51,619 nucleotides of DNA, from contig JBEWZL010000211.1 of the NCBI GenBank assembly GCA_045837725.1, positions 62,001 through 113,619 of the forward strand, read 5' to 3'. The DNA is from Vermamoeba vermiformis (lineage: Eukaryota). This document shows, piece by piece, positions 12,254 to 25,500 of this stretch. The notes beneath the pieces are model-generated. The model was not told the DNA's origin. It saw nothing but the letters and a program-made list of their open reading frames with translations, and searched no databases. A program made the position numbers and the translations under genes. Numbering within the stretch: the stretch's first letter is position 1; every line of letters begins with the position of its first letter.

Positions 12254-12324
12254 GGCGCTATAGCTTAGTGGTAGAGCACCGGTCTCATAAGTCGGTTGTC
12301 TTGGTTCGATTCCAAGTAGCGCCT
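12254..12324 (+). tRNA. trnM-CAT: tRNA with CAT anticodon (elongator Met type, atypical)
   Basis: Cloverleaf: GGCGCTA/TAGCGCC acceptor, GCTT-AGTGGTA-GAGC D arm, CCGGT-CTCATAA-GTCGG anticodon arm, CTTGG-TTCGATT-CCAAG T arm; downstream T-run at about 12337-12342. Confidence 0.88.
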
Positions 12325-12556
12325 AATTTCAATTTCTTTTTTTGCTTTTTGGTTTTCGTTTCACACAAACAAGCTGAGAAAACTTTCTGCTATTTTTCGC
12401 AGATTCGAAGCTCAACATTTTTCGCTCGTGATACTAACCTTTCAGTTTTAAACAACAAACAGAGTGACCACTTGTCTGCTCTACTATCTCACAAAATCTT
12501 ATTGCCCCGCATGAATATTGTCTCAACATCGAATTTTAAAGTTACAGATTACGAAA

Positions 12557-13827
12557 ATGACAGACATTCAAAGCACAATCAACACTACCCCGTCCTCAGT
12601 CGACGACGCATCAACATTTTTTCAGGAAGAAACTAAATCCCGATTTTATGAACGTAAATTACCAGAGGTAAGTCGCTCGATCGGTTTCAGATCCGGATTT
12701 GGTTTTAATTCGTTTGTTAGGTTGACGAGCTTGTTATGGTTGAAGTAAAGACCATGAACGACATCTTCAGCTTTGTTAAGTTACTGGAGTATAATGATGT
12801 AGAAGGATTTATCGCACATTCTGAGCTCTCAAGAAAGAACAGAATTAAAGGATCTATCAACCGCGTAAGTTTATTTCTTCTCGCGCAATTCAAGTATTAG
12901 GTAGCTAACGATACTTGTAGCTTATCAAGGTCAATCAAAAGTACGTTTTGCAAGTTATCCGAGTGGATAAGGCCCAAGGATACGTAGATCTGTCCAAGAG
13001 ATTGTTGACCGAAGCAGATCAGGTCAACGGAAGCAAGAAATTCAACGATGCTAAGAACGTAAGCAAAATTTTGTAAATTAAACTCGATCCAGCTAGAGCT
13101 AACATTTTTGAATAGATCCAAGGTGTCTTCAAGAGATTCGCAAAGGATTTCGGCCAAGATTTCTTAGCCCTTCAACAAGATGTTATTTGGCCGCTGTACG
13201 AGAAATACGAAGAATTATTCGACGTTCTCGTTGGAATAACTACTAAGGAAGTCTCTGACAGGTACGTGCATACGCAGGCAATGCGACCATTTTTCGAGTT
13301 TGAGACTTACGTTATAATATATTTAGCATGGAGATCTTTGAGGACTTGCCCTTAACTACTGAGCTTAAAGAAGGGTTGATCAAAACTATCAAGAACAAGT
13401 TGACAGCACATCCTGCAAAGGTACGTTGAACAATCGTGTAGATCCGGTACTCGCACGAGCTAATTCTTTGTAACAGATCCTCGCTGAGTTCGAACTCACC
13501 TGCTACGAGGCAGAGGGTGTCGAGGCCATCAAGAGATCATTGCAACGAGGTCTTAGCATGAGTACTAAGGAGATGCCAATTACCGTAAGTAACCAGATCC
13601 GTTGCTCGAGTCTTTTGTCTAACTTTCTGATTTAGATTCAATTGAAGTCCTCTCCTACCTTCGACTTGTTCACGAACTCCAATCAACATTCGATTGCTCA
13701 AAAGTTCCTCTCCAAGGTTCTCGCTGAGATTACCGACGAGATCCAGAAAGCCAAAGGATCGTTGAAGGTTATCAAAGAACCGTCCGTTGTCGCCGCTGAA
13801 GGCGAGAACAAAGAAGATGACGATTAA
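12557..13827 (+). CDS. EIF2S1: Translation initiation factor eIF2-alpha, divergent, 7 coding exons
   Basis: RFYERKLPE|VDELVMV..VKLLEYNDVEGFIAHSELSR..VIRVDKAQGYVDLSKR..WPLY..LTAHPAK|ILAEFELTCYEAEGVEAIK; S1 domain plus helical and C-terminal domains. Confidence 0.93.
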
Positions 13828-13981
13828 TATTGCTTCTATTAAGTTACATGCTATTTGCTTTTCATGGTTTTGTCCCACGAAAATTTTATTCAATAAATTC
13901 ACTCGCTATTCATTTTAAACTTGCTATATTTTTTTCAATAGACGCCAACAAGAGCCAAATTAATACCAAGTACTATTTTCA

Positions 13982-15702
13982 ATGTTGGTGCTGTATGTTG
14001 CGCTCTTGCTTGCTTTTGGTTATGGCTTGATCCAGCTCGAAAAGATATTGCCTAAATTATTTAAAAAGGCTAAAATAAATATATCCTATAATAGTCCACC
14101 AAAAGCGATCGATTACCATTTACCGGAGGTAAGATTGTTACGGGATCTAGATCTTGGCGCCAGAAAATCTGGAGTTATTTTTAAAAATTCAGTACTACAA
14201 TATTCGAACTATATTAACTTAATACTATTTTTTCTTGCAGGATGTTTTGCGAAATATATTTTTAATGCTGGATCCCGCCTCCGTCGCACGTTGCGAAACG
14301 GCCAGTAAATACTGGCACGTGACAATTTCCACGCATAAAATATGGAATCAGCTATATAACAAGTACGCAGTATTATTTTACATAATTAAGCTAATAATAT
14401 CAAATTAGATTTTTGCGTCAAGTAGATCTGAACCCTGAAGTGCACCAAAAGCATCAACAAGTTAATAGACTTATCGTTACGAAAGAATTAGCGTTAGAGT
14501 ACGAGGTAAGAATAGCATAATATGTATTTTTCGAATACTAACTCTTCGTTCACTGAACAGAACGATTACGAGTGGAAACATCGAGTGATCGACGCGTATC
14601 TTGCGTGGAAAGACAACAAATCATTGTTCGAATTTAAATTCGATAATTGCTCGATGTTGTACGAGCACATGACCGAGGGAAGGTAAAGGAGTCTCGATCT
14701 TGAGTTTGTACGCTAAATTTAATTTGATTAGGTCCGTTATTAAGACTAGAGTTGTATATTGGTATGGAAAAGACGACTGCCATTACTTTACCAACAGCAG
14801 CGCGAATGAATTCGACTTCTTATCGGTCCCGAAACAAGCCTTGGACAAATTCAACTTGAAGCTCGACAAAAAAGACTTAGTTGAGCTTGTGTTCGACTTC
14901 AGTAACAATTTTGACGTGCTTCATTTTATTCCTGACGTCAAGCAAGCTCGGTTAATCAAAAAGGCTCCGAAAGCTCTTGGCGGTACGTGTTTTTTCCAAA
15001 TAAGGAAAGTCCTCATATTTTGTTGTAGGTCTTGTTGTATACGCGCCAATCGCTATCTATCAGCTGATACTTGTATTGGCACCTGCGTTGGTCTATGATG
15101 CATCGCGAGTGGCTCTTTTGGCTCAAGCTATCAGATTGATACTGTCCGTTGCATTCTACGTTGGATCTGTCTTAGGATTACTCAATTTGCTGGTACGATC
15201 GATCATCAAAACGAAAACTCAAAGTTCTACGTTGGTCCCTGTGTCGCTACTCTACGTCATCTCGGTTGCTGGCTATATCGCGGCTGTATTCTTTCCAACT
15301 CAGGCGATGTCTTGGGTCATCTTTGGCGTCGCGCTCATCTTATTTGCACTCTACGAAACGTTGTTTGGATTGCTTCTGTTGGACGAAAGCGAGGCCGCGT
15401 GGAAGTCTTTGATCGTTTTAGTGCCTCTATGGACTTACATGATCAGCTGGACACGTGTCTTTTCGATGGTGCACGATGGCTCTCTCATTCATTTACTCTT
15501 ACGTAGCTTTGGATTGTTCGCTGTAACCTTCGTATTCTTTGCGTGGGTTTTAACAGTGAGATTTATTCTACGAGAGTCCAATCACACTTTACAAAAATGG
15601 AAAGGCGGCGTGCTTGAGCCGCTTCGCTATTGGTTCAAAATTTGCTTTTTTGGCGTGTTCATTTTAACGCTATTGAATGGTAGTCGTATCATTCAATATT
15701 AA
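13982..15702 (+). CDS. F-box protein with an N-terminal hydrophobic anchor and a C-terminal multi-pass membrane domain
   Basis: Spliced F-box HLPE|DVLRNIFLMLDPASVARCETASKYWHVTISTHKIW; the last exon (about 15029-15702) has around 6-7 hydrophobic segments. Confidence 0.75.
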
Positions 15703-18682
15703 AATGGAGCTTCAAACTTCGTGTTGGCGTCATATTGCGTACGAAGAACAATGGCGCAAGGACCGTGGAAGAAGATCTGGCGGACTGGACCTTCGATCTC
15801 GATCTCGGGTGACTTTAGTGAAGCATCTGTGCGGAACGGCTCATCTTCTGACGTAAACAAGAGCTCAAGGGTGCCCTTAAGGTATGGAGCTAATTCAGGT
15901 ACCTATTTTAGAACGTTAGATCTTGTGCTGAAAAGTTGCAGGATCGACAAACTTTACTTTTTCCAAATTGACGCCACCAGCATTTTCCATATTTAGAATA
16001 GCAATGACTGCACGATTGTTATCTTTGTTCTTTCGTACTACGCAAATAGTATGATTTTGAATAACGAAGATCTCGAATCCTTTGCGGTGATGGTTTTTCA
16101 TGCACGAGTCCGTGTTTCTAAGCTCTAACAACTTCTTGTATAGACTAAGGACTTGAGAGTGCGGCTTCTCCAAAGACTCGTCCCACTTCAATCGGCTGTT
16201 CGCGAACGTTGAATGGGCCTGGGGATCTGGAATTGACTCGCGGATCTTGGGGTCTGAAAATGCAGAGAAGTTTGCAAACTCCTTTCTGCGACCTAGATTG
16301 TACGTACAATTAATACAAGCTCTATTAAATACAACCAGATATAACTTACCTTCGGTAACTAATTTGCCTAGTTCAGGGTTGTGATCGGTGAAGAAACAGA
16401 ACGGCGTACTGGCAGCCCATTCTTGGCCCATGAACAACATGGGAGTCTGCGGGAGCAACAATAACAACGAGCTATATCGATATTGATTAATATCTAAGCG
16501 ATAATTCGGGTTGCAAAGTAAGTACCTCGCAGCTTTGTATGCAGCTGGGCTAATTTCAGCATTAATTCGTCCACCGAGAGCTCTATTGCCGACTTGATCG
16601 TGATTTTGAATGCAATACTATAATATATTATGCATAATATGTTAGTTAACGTGATTCAAATTACAGGCGATAATTTTCCGTACGACAAACTGAGCCATAT
16701 CATCAATAGCTTTCGGATCTGTACCGCGTTTCTTGTCGCTCGTAACAAGCTTTTGGCCAGCATAGAACCAACCTAGCGCAGTATAGGTAAGCGTATGTGT
16801 ATATATATATTTATATATCCTCTGAGAACGTACCTTGTTTTACGGTTTGCACGAGGTCCTTTGGACTGCCAGTAAATTCGCGGAAATAGCTCTCGTTATC
16901 TTTTGCAAGCATAACTAAACGTGGCAATCAATACATGATTTCGTATACTAATTTTGCTCTGCTAAACTTACCTCGAACTTGATGGTGATAATCATCAGTC
17001 CAGAGACCGTCAAGGCCGATTCCGTCGGGAATAGGTGCAACGAGCTTAGCTTCGTTGCGGTCGTCTTCAGCATAGAACAAAATCTTTTTGTGCATCGAGT
17101 TGCTGTTGCCTAGTTTAGAAAAAAATAAGTTAATTCTGGATCCAGCGTTCTCGAGATTATGATTTCTCTTACATGTTTCGATAATCTCTCGCAACAAGTG
17201 CGGAGTAGAATAATCGACTATAGCATGCGTTGCGTCAAATCTAATTCCATCAAAGTGGAACTCTTCGATCCAGTACAACGCGTTCTCGATGAAAAATCGT
17301 CGCACTTGTTTAGCATGTTTAATCAAATCTTCCGATGATTCCTTCAAATTATGCTCTGAATATAATAATTAATAATTATTCAATAACAGGCAGAATTACC
17401 GGGACTAGATTCGATCCGAAACAGATCTGATCTTACCTTTACGTTCTTCTTCAGTGACTGGCTTCAAGTCTACGTTAGGAGCTTTGCCCCAAGGAGTCGT
17501 ATGACGTGCAGAGAGTAATAAGGACTATAACATTCCAAGTAATTGCCATCAGGACCCAAATGGTTGTACACGATGTCGATCAACACAGCCAAGCCTAGGA
17601 TACAACGGTAAGATTAATATTCATATGAATATATGCTACTCGGCAATGTGACTAACCTTCATTATGAGCAGCATTGATTAAATGTCTCAGTTGTTCAGGA
17701 GTACCGTAGCATCTAGCAGGTGCGTACAAACAAACTCCGTCGTAGCCCCAGTTACATTGACCCGGGAAATCAGCCAAAGGTAAGATTTCAAGCGTATTTA
17801 CGCCTATTTATAATTAGGTTAATATACGAGAGTTTAAGTTTGACAGATCCGTTACCTAATTCTTTGTAATATTTCAATTTATGTTCGAGACCTTCGTACG
17901 AGCCTTCCGGAGTGGCAGTTCCTATTCAAATCAAACGTTTAATATTATATCATTATTGCCATATTATATTTTCTTTACCTAAATGCAATTCATAAATGAC
18001 AACATCATCGCGTGGGATATTGGTCCATTTTTGATCGGTCCACGCGAACTTTGAATCAACCACTTGCGATACTTCGTGTACGCCTTCTGGTTGGAATCTA
18101 TAATAACTCAAGTTAATTATTCTGGAATTAGATCCTGCAATGTTTTTTGTAACGGACGAAAAAATTGTATTGCAAAGCTTGATATCATATCATTAGCTAT
18201 TATTTTTAATTTTTAAAAGAATTATAGCGTATAATAATATTTTAAGTAGGTAGAGGGCTCGTCTAAGACGTACCTTGAAGCTGGATCTGGGAAGGGACCT
18301 TTGCCGTCGACTACGTATTTGTAGAATGTGCCCACTTTGGCTTCCTTAAGTTCTATACTGAAAATACCAGTAGTTTCGTCTTTTTTAAGTTGGTGCTTCG
18401 ACGCTGGATCAGATGCGGTGCTCTTTGGAAACAAAAAGTAAGTACATCGATATAATACAAAGATTTTAGTTAAATTTAAATGTACAATAATTATTTAAGC
18501 GATCGATTAGTATTTAGAAAGTTTTAGAGCAAAATATCTCGATCTGAAAGTTTTTTTACCTTGTCATACAAAACAAGTTCAACTTTTTGACTGTTAGGAC
18601 TCCAAACGGAGAATCTAACACCTCCATTATCGAGAGGAATTGCTCCAAAAGTTTTACCGTATTTTCCTTGTCCGCTAAACAT
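15699..18682 (-). CDS. treZ: Malto-oligosyltrehalose trehalohydrolase (GH13, TreZ), about 13 spliceosomal introns
   Basis: Spliced motifs: [134 protein letters not shown]. Confidence 0.95.
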
Positions 18683-18998
18683 TTGATCAGATGTGTTTTT
18701 TTGGTTTCTATATAGAAAAAAATTGTAAAGAAAACCTCGGTACGATTTTTACTGCGCAAAAACGACTTTGAGACTCGCGTTGTTGGATCTGTGTAGTAAC
18801 AAATGACAACAAAAAGATTATTTGACGAGATCTCAGATCTGTCGAGTTTTCCCAGCGAATCCGGTGAAATTTGGTCGTGTTCGTCGTTTCGAGAGTGTGA
18901 CGCGTCTGAAAATTGACACGAAGCACACATTGCAACATGTTTTGGTTCTAAAAATCTTTTTATTTTATTTTCAACTACGTAAAAGCTACATCCACAAA
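18683..18998. promoter_or_regulatory. Probable bidirectional promoter for treZ and treY
   Basis: Only 316 bp separate the divergent start codons (treZ ATG at 18682, treY ATG at 18999). Confidence 0.6.
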
Positions 18999-21900
18999 AT
19001 GTATCAAATCCCGACTTCTACTTACAGACTTCAATTCCATAAGGACTTTACGCTGAAGAAAGCAATCAAAATCGTCGATTATATTCAAGAGCTTGGTATT
19101 TCAACAGTTTATTCGTCTCCTTTGCTGAAGGCCAGAGCCGGATCCACTCACGGCTATGATTGCGTCGACCATAATCAATTAAACCCTGAAATTGGTACCA
19201 ATGATGACTTCGATGCTTTTGTAGCACGATTGCATCAAAGAGGTAAATAATCAGGGCTCTCTTATGTAGCTTTATTTTTTCTAATTTTTATGCAGATCTG
19301 GATCTTCTTTTGGATATTGTTCCGAACCATATGGGTGTCAATGATGTTAATAACAAGTGGTGGGTTGATGTATTGGAGCACGGCGAGTCCTCTATCTACG
19401 CTCATTACTTCGACATTAATTGGCATCCGCGTTGGCAGCATCTGGCGGGTATGTACAAAGAAATTTCATAAAAATCTGCCACTCTTATAACATATTTAAT
19501 GATATTGTAATATATCGGCACCGATATGAAACGAAATGGCGTCAATTTAGCATTCTAATTTTGGATCTTTAGGAAAGGTTATTTTGCCGGTACTTGGTGC
19601 GCCTTTGTCCCAATGCATTGAAAAGAATGAGCTACAATTAATTTTAAACGAAGGTATGTATTTAGAATTGAATAATCAAAGCGCAAAAACTAAATCCGAT
19701 CCTGACCCTAACATCTTTTTCGTACAGAAAACCTTTTCAAGCTGAAATATTACGGCCTCGTATTGCCTATTAGCTTGTGCACTATCGAGCCTTTATTCCG
19801 CGAAGTTATCTCGCAATGCCAATCTCGCAACATGGATTGCAATGAGATCCAACAAATCGAGCAAGAGTTGAAGAAGATTATGAGCCACGACGACCCTCGT
19901 GTCTGCGAAGATAAGGAAAAACGACTCCATAGAATGGATTTGGTTCATGACGTCAAGTCTCGATTGCAGCATTTATTGCGAACTAACCAATCCGCTAAAG
20001 AAATTTTGGAAAGCAGCTTGATCGCATTCTGCCAGCAAAAAGAAAAGTTCTGGGCCTTTATAAGACAACAACCGTATTATTTATGCTTCTGGAAGGCCGC
20101 TACTGATGAAATCAACTACAGGTAAGTCACATCCGCATTCAACTCCGAAAAAGTTATTCTAATTATTCATTTAGACGATTCTTTGATATCAACGAGTTAA
20201 TGTCGTTACGTATTGAAGATGAGGACGTTTATAATGACTCGCACAAGTTGATTTTTGAGTGGATAAAGCAAGGCAAAATTGCGGGCTTGAGACTCGATCA
20301 TCCTGACGGCCTTAAAGACCCTCAACAATACTTCACTCGCTTGCAAAACTCCATTTCAGAGCTATTGCAAGATACTTATGGCGCATATACGGGTATGTAA
20401 TAGCAATTCAGTCCGTTACAAAAAATACTGAACAAATTTCCTTTTTAGGCAAGTCATTCTACGTTCTCGTTGAGAAAATCCTTGAAAAAGGCGAAGAATT
20501 ACCTGGTGATTGGGCTGTTGACGGAACAACTGGCTACGATTTCATGAACATTTTGAACGGAGTTTTCGTCGCGACTAAACACTTTGAGGTAAGTCTTTGC
20601 AAAAATTTACTGGGTATTTTTGCAATATTAACTATTTTCTATATTAGGTCATGAAGCTAATTTATCAAAAGTTCATTGCAAACCAAAAAACCGACGCGAT
20701 CTCGCTCGACTTCCCGCATCTGCTTTACAACTGCAAAAAACTTATATTGACCATGTCGCTCGAAAGTGAACTTACGACATTAACCGACGCACTTTACAAC
20801 ATTTGCAAGAAGACTATGCAGTTCTCTGACATCACTTTCAGACAATGCAAATTGGCGCTGGAAGAGTACATCGCCTTCTTCCCGGTCTATAGGACCTATT
20901 TGTCGCCTAGCCACGAGTTGCCAAATGACACGGAATTGCACCAGATCGAGAGCACAATCTCCGCTGCTCGGCAAAAGAACCCAGCACTCGATCCTATCTT
21001 GTTTGATATGCTTGAAAGTATCCTCCTGCACAAAGTTTATATTGACAGAGGTACCGTTTTTTTTCTTCGTGGCACTAACTTTGCAACAATTTTTAACGGT
21101 TCTTAATTAGACGAACGATTGTTCTTCGTTGCCAGATTGCAACAGCTGTTGGGTCCTTTGATGGCGAAGGGTCTCGAAGACACTGCCTTTTATAGATATT
21201 TCATTTTGTGTTCACTGAACGAGGTCGGCGGTGATCCCAATAACTTTGGATTAACTCTCAATGACTTCCATAAGGAAATGATTCTCAGGTAAGCATTCAA
21301 CAATGAGTACTTATCACGTGATCACGTGCCTAATGATTTTTTTTGACAGATCCAAGACTTTCCCTCTTTCCATGAGCAGCACTAGCACGCACGATACTAA
21401 GCGCAGTGAAGATGTTCGTGCACGCATCAACGTCTTGTCTGAAATTCCGTTGTCTTGGAGCTCATTCGTGACACGTTTGTCGGAGATCACGAAAGATTTC
21501 AAGAAGCACGTGCCTGGCATTGGCATGTGCCCGCAGCCCAACGACGAGTACATGCTTTATCAGACTTTGATTGGCACGTGGCCGTTTGAAATTTCAACTC
21601 CCGAATGGAACGAGTACATCAAGCGAATTCAGGCTTACATGACCAAAGCCATCAAAGAGAGCAAAGTCTATACGTCATGGACGGTGCCTAATCAAAGCTA
21701 CGAACAATCGATCAATAATTTCGTGGAAAGAATTTTGTCGGACGGATCGTTTTTGAGCCTGTTCAACGAGTACCAAAAGTACATTGCACAAGTCGGAAAA
21801 TTGAACTCGCTTTCGCAGCTAGTCTTGAAGATGACTCTACCTGGTGTGCCTGATACATATCAAGGCACTGAATTGTGGGACTTAAGTTTGGTGGATCCGG

Positions 21901-22527
21901 ACAACAGACGACCCGTGGACTACACTGCTCGATCCAAAATGTTGAGTTCAATCAAGACCCATGCAAACGATCCGAATATCATTGACGAGCTTTGGAAGAG
22001 GTACGTATAAGTCATATTATATTATAGTAATATTTTGAGGCTGATCCAAGATCTTTTTTAGTTCGAACGACGGTCGCATCAAAATGTACACTTTGTACAA
22101 AATGTTGGCCTTAAGAAACAAACACAGCGAGGTGTTATTGCGAGGTCAATATATTCCTGTTGAAGTCACTGGTCCTAAGCACCATCACTTGATTGTAAGT
22201 TGGATTCGTACTGGATGTTGATCCACAAAATCTAATTTAATTTTTTTATAGTCTTATATTCGTGAGCATAACGGCTCTCGTATTTTGGTTGTTGCTAGCA
22301 GATTTTTCACGCATTTGTACGAAGAAAATTTGTCGAGCAAGTACTGGGCTGAAACTTTCTTGCATTTGCCAACAACGGTCATGTCTAATCAACGATTGCA
22401 CGATGTATTAGCAAACAGAATGATCGATATTGCGCAAGAACATATTAATTTTGATCAACTTGAAGTACCCAAAGTTTTGGATCGATTCCCGATTGCGGTT
22501 TTCGAGTTTGAAGCTATCCACGCTTAA
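18999..22527 (+). CDS. treY: Malto-oligosyltrehalose synthase (GH13, TreY), about 10 spliceosomal introns
   Basis: [139 protein letters not shown]. Confidence 0.96.
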
Positions 22528-22591
22528 TTAAATGTCATTTATTCTATCATAAAAAATTGTTATATTTGAGTGCGAAGTACGTGTAGCATTT

Positions 22592-25500
22592 CTATTTTGG
22601 AATTTTTAAGGCCACATAGGTAGCTGCAAGGCCATCCAAACTCAGGCCAATGATGGCACAAGCTGCGTGGTGTTTAACCTTTCTTCCGTCAAGTTCATCT
22701 TTCGTCAGAATGCCAGAGTTTTCAGGAATGAATTCATTTGGCACAGGGATTACTCTGTATGCATTTTGTCGGTCTTTGTCTTTGAGCCAAGCACCATCAA
22801 TGAATTCCAGCTTCAGAAAAGCTGGTGGCTTGTTCCAAGTATTTTCACAAGTCTTCCAAACAGGAAAATAGTTGTTATGATGCCAAACAGGTCTTAAACC
22901 ATTTTGAACTTTGTTAATATCATTTTTGTTCACAAACTGCCACAATCCTGATTTTGAACCTGTTTGAATGTTAGCAATAGAGTAATAATGACAAATACTT
23001 ACCATTCAACAACCACTCTTCAACTCTGAATTGCCCATTAACCTCATATAATTGTACTTGATAGTCATTGATGTTGTGAACAGAGCTGCCATACTGGAGA
23101 AGATTGTAGTAGAAGTTTGGCCAGGGTGAATAGTCTGCACGATTGTGCACCCACTGAGAAAGAAGAGCTCGTATTTCTTCTCTATCTTCCTCAGTTCCAT
23201 GAAAGCGAACCAACTTTAAACGTATTAGAAAATGCCTTATATTAAAAGAGTAGGCTTACACGGAACCAATAGCGCATGAATGAGTCGTACAGCTCATCTT
23301 TGCTAAGCTTTTGGAAGGACTTGTGTTTTTTGGCCTGAGAAAGGGCTTTGTAGCATTCAAAGCGCAGATTTTTTAACATGGCACTGAATGATGATTGGGA
23401 TAAATTCAATGAGAAGTGCACAAACATGTAGCGGTTGATTATATAATTCTTCTCTTCTTTAAAGTTACTTCTATATTGGTCAACCAATTGTGCAGCTTGC
23501 TCCATCATTGATGCCAAGCGCGTCTTTCGAACAGAATATTTTTCCCATGCTTTGCTGCTTTCTTCACCTGCAGCAACTACAAATGCAACCATTAAATAGA
23601 TGAAACTAGTTAAAATGACTTACAAATATCTTTGTAACCCTCCAATATACAATCTGCATCTTCCAAAGCACTGCAGATTATAGTGTCTGACAAGTTCATG
23701 TCTTTCATTGCTGCTTTCCACGGCTGGCATTCTGGTATATTACTAATTTCCAATACCATGTCCACAAAGCTCAAGTATGAGTGTGGGTTGAAAGCATAGG
23801 TACTTCTTGCTTTCTTAAAATTTTCAGCAGCTTGTTCAAAATGCTCTGCAAGCAATGCATTCAAAGGTACTTTCTGAGTCATTGTTAGTTTTGCATTCCA
23901 TTGCATTTGTAGTGATTACTTACTTCACGGTCTGTTTTAATTTGAGCACGATGTGTACCACCCAACATTGTCAACAGATGTGACTTTGCATAAGTTGAAT
24001 GACCGTGGATTTCTAAGCATTTCCTAATCTGAGCACGACCTTCATTATGCAACTGTTTGGCTAAGCTTAAGTAACGACCATAGTGACCTTGAACATGTGT
24101 TTCTTGTGCATAATATTTGGTAAGTTCTGTATAGATGTACATCGCTGAATCCATGCCATTAGAATCATTGTCATCCATAACATAATTAATAACTGCTGGA
24201 AATTTCTGGACAAAATTATTAAAAGTTGTTGTATTAAAATGAATTAACATACGCTTGCAGTTTGTTCTGACTTCTTCAAAAAATATGGCACGACTACTTC
24301 TGCTATAACTGACTTGTCTGGCACATAGACTGAAGTTGTGTATGCCATAACCAGCCGAGCAACTTCCCTGTAATTTTGTTAGTTTGTATTACAGTAATGC
24401 GCTTGTCTACTGACCTTTTGTTTTTCATCAACTCTAAAATTTGCTCTGCAAATGTGATATGCCGTATTTTCCAATATCCAGACTCAGATTCTTGCAACAA
24501 ATCCAAGCAAGGATATGAAACACAGGAATTGATATCAAATGATCCTTGACGAATCAATTCAACTGCTTTAGCAGCTTTTGCCACATCTGTTCCACAATTA
24601 AGGAAGAAGTCTCCAATTGCCATTAGGTTGAATAATGTTCGAAGCTTGATAGCTATGTCTGTACTGTCTTTCAGCTGTTCCAATTTGTCTCTTACATACG
24701 TCTCAACTCCTTGGAAGTCTTTTTCAAAGGCATAAAGAGCCATATAAAAGGGACTGAATGTAATCAAGGCTGATTTGTATCGTGGTTGGCGTACTTTTTC
24801 AAGTTTTTTCTCTTGGATGAACTGTGCTTCACATTTTTTTGGTGATGGTCCATAGTGTTCAACAAAGTTTTGTTTGTTCTTAGGCAAGAGTTTGTGCACA
24901 AAGAAGTCGTAGAATTGTGTGGCTTCCAGAGCATTGTGAAAGATATCGTCAAGAATGTATTGTGGAGATCGAGCAACACTAGAACTGCAAAAGATTAGCT
25001 TAACACTGATTCTACCTAGATGCTTACAATTTCGGTAGCACTTGGGTTCGTCGCACCACTAAAATTGCTCCCTTAATTTTTTTAGATTTCAGCTCAGCAT
25101 GCAGAGCATCTAATTTGATGTCATCAACATCCTAAACTAAATTAGTACAGCTAACACAAAGTAACTTAAACTGCTTACTTTGAGAACAATTAGCACTCCC
25201 ACAGATGATTCAGCAGGTTGTAAGACATGTATTGCTTTAGCTGTTTCAAATCTGTCAAATGATCCTGTAATGACTTCAGCTACATTAGCAGACTTAATGA
25301 AGTGCCACATAACACTTCGAACTAATGTTGTTCCACCAGCTCCAGGACGGTAATAAAAATAGAAAGGGGTAATCTCTTTTGCACTAGCAAAATGAAGTTC
25401 CAAATCCTTAGTGATTGCATCCTGATTGTATGATTAGTTTGAACCTAAAGGATGTTAGGACATACTCCAACTGCACGTTTAACATAGCAATGTTCATCAA

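Noticed and set aside
12254-12324. Initiator tRNA-Met functionally paired with the adjacent eIF2-alpha gene
   Set aside because: It lacks A1:U72, the three G-C anticodon-stem pairs and A54 of eukaryotic initiators; the adjacency is probably incidental.
12226-12636. 136-aa ORF across the tRNA
   Set aside because: Runs through the tRNA and the eIF2-alpha 5' region; spurious.
18556-18938. Minus-strand ORFs of 124 aa and 76 aa
   Set aside because: Off-frame read-throughs of treZ exon 1 and the shared promoter.
15699-22527. treYZ as bacterial contamination or a prokaryotic operon
   Set aside because: Both genes are split by many GT-AG introns of host style, are divergent rather than co-oriented, and treZ overlaps a host gene's stop codon.
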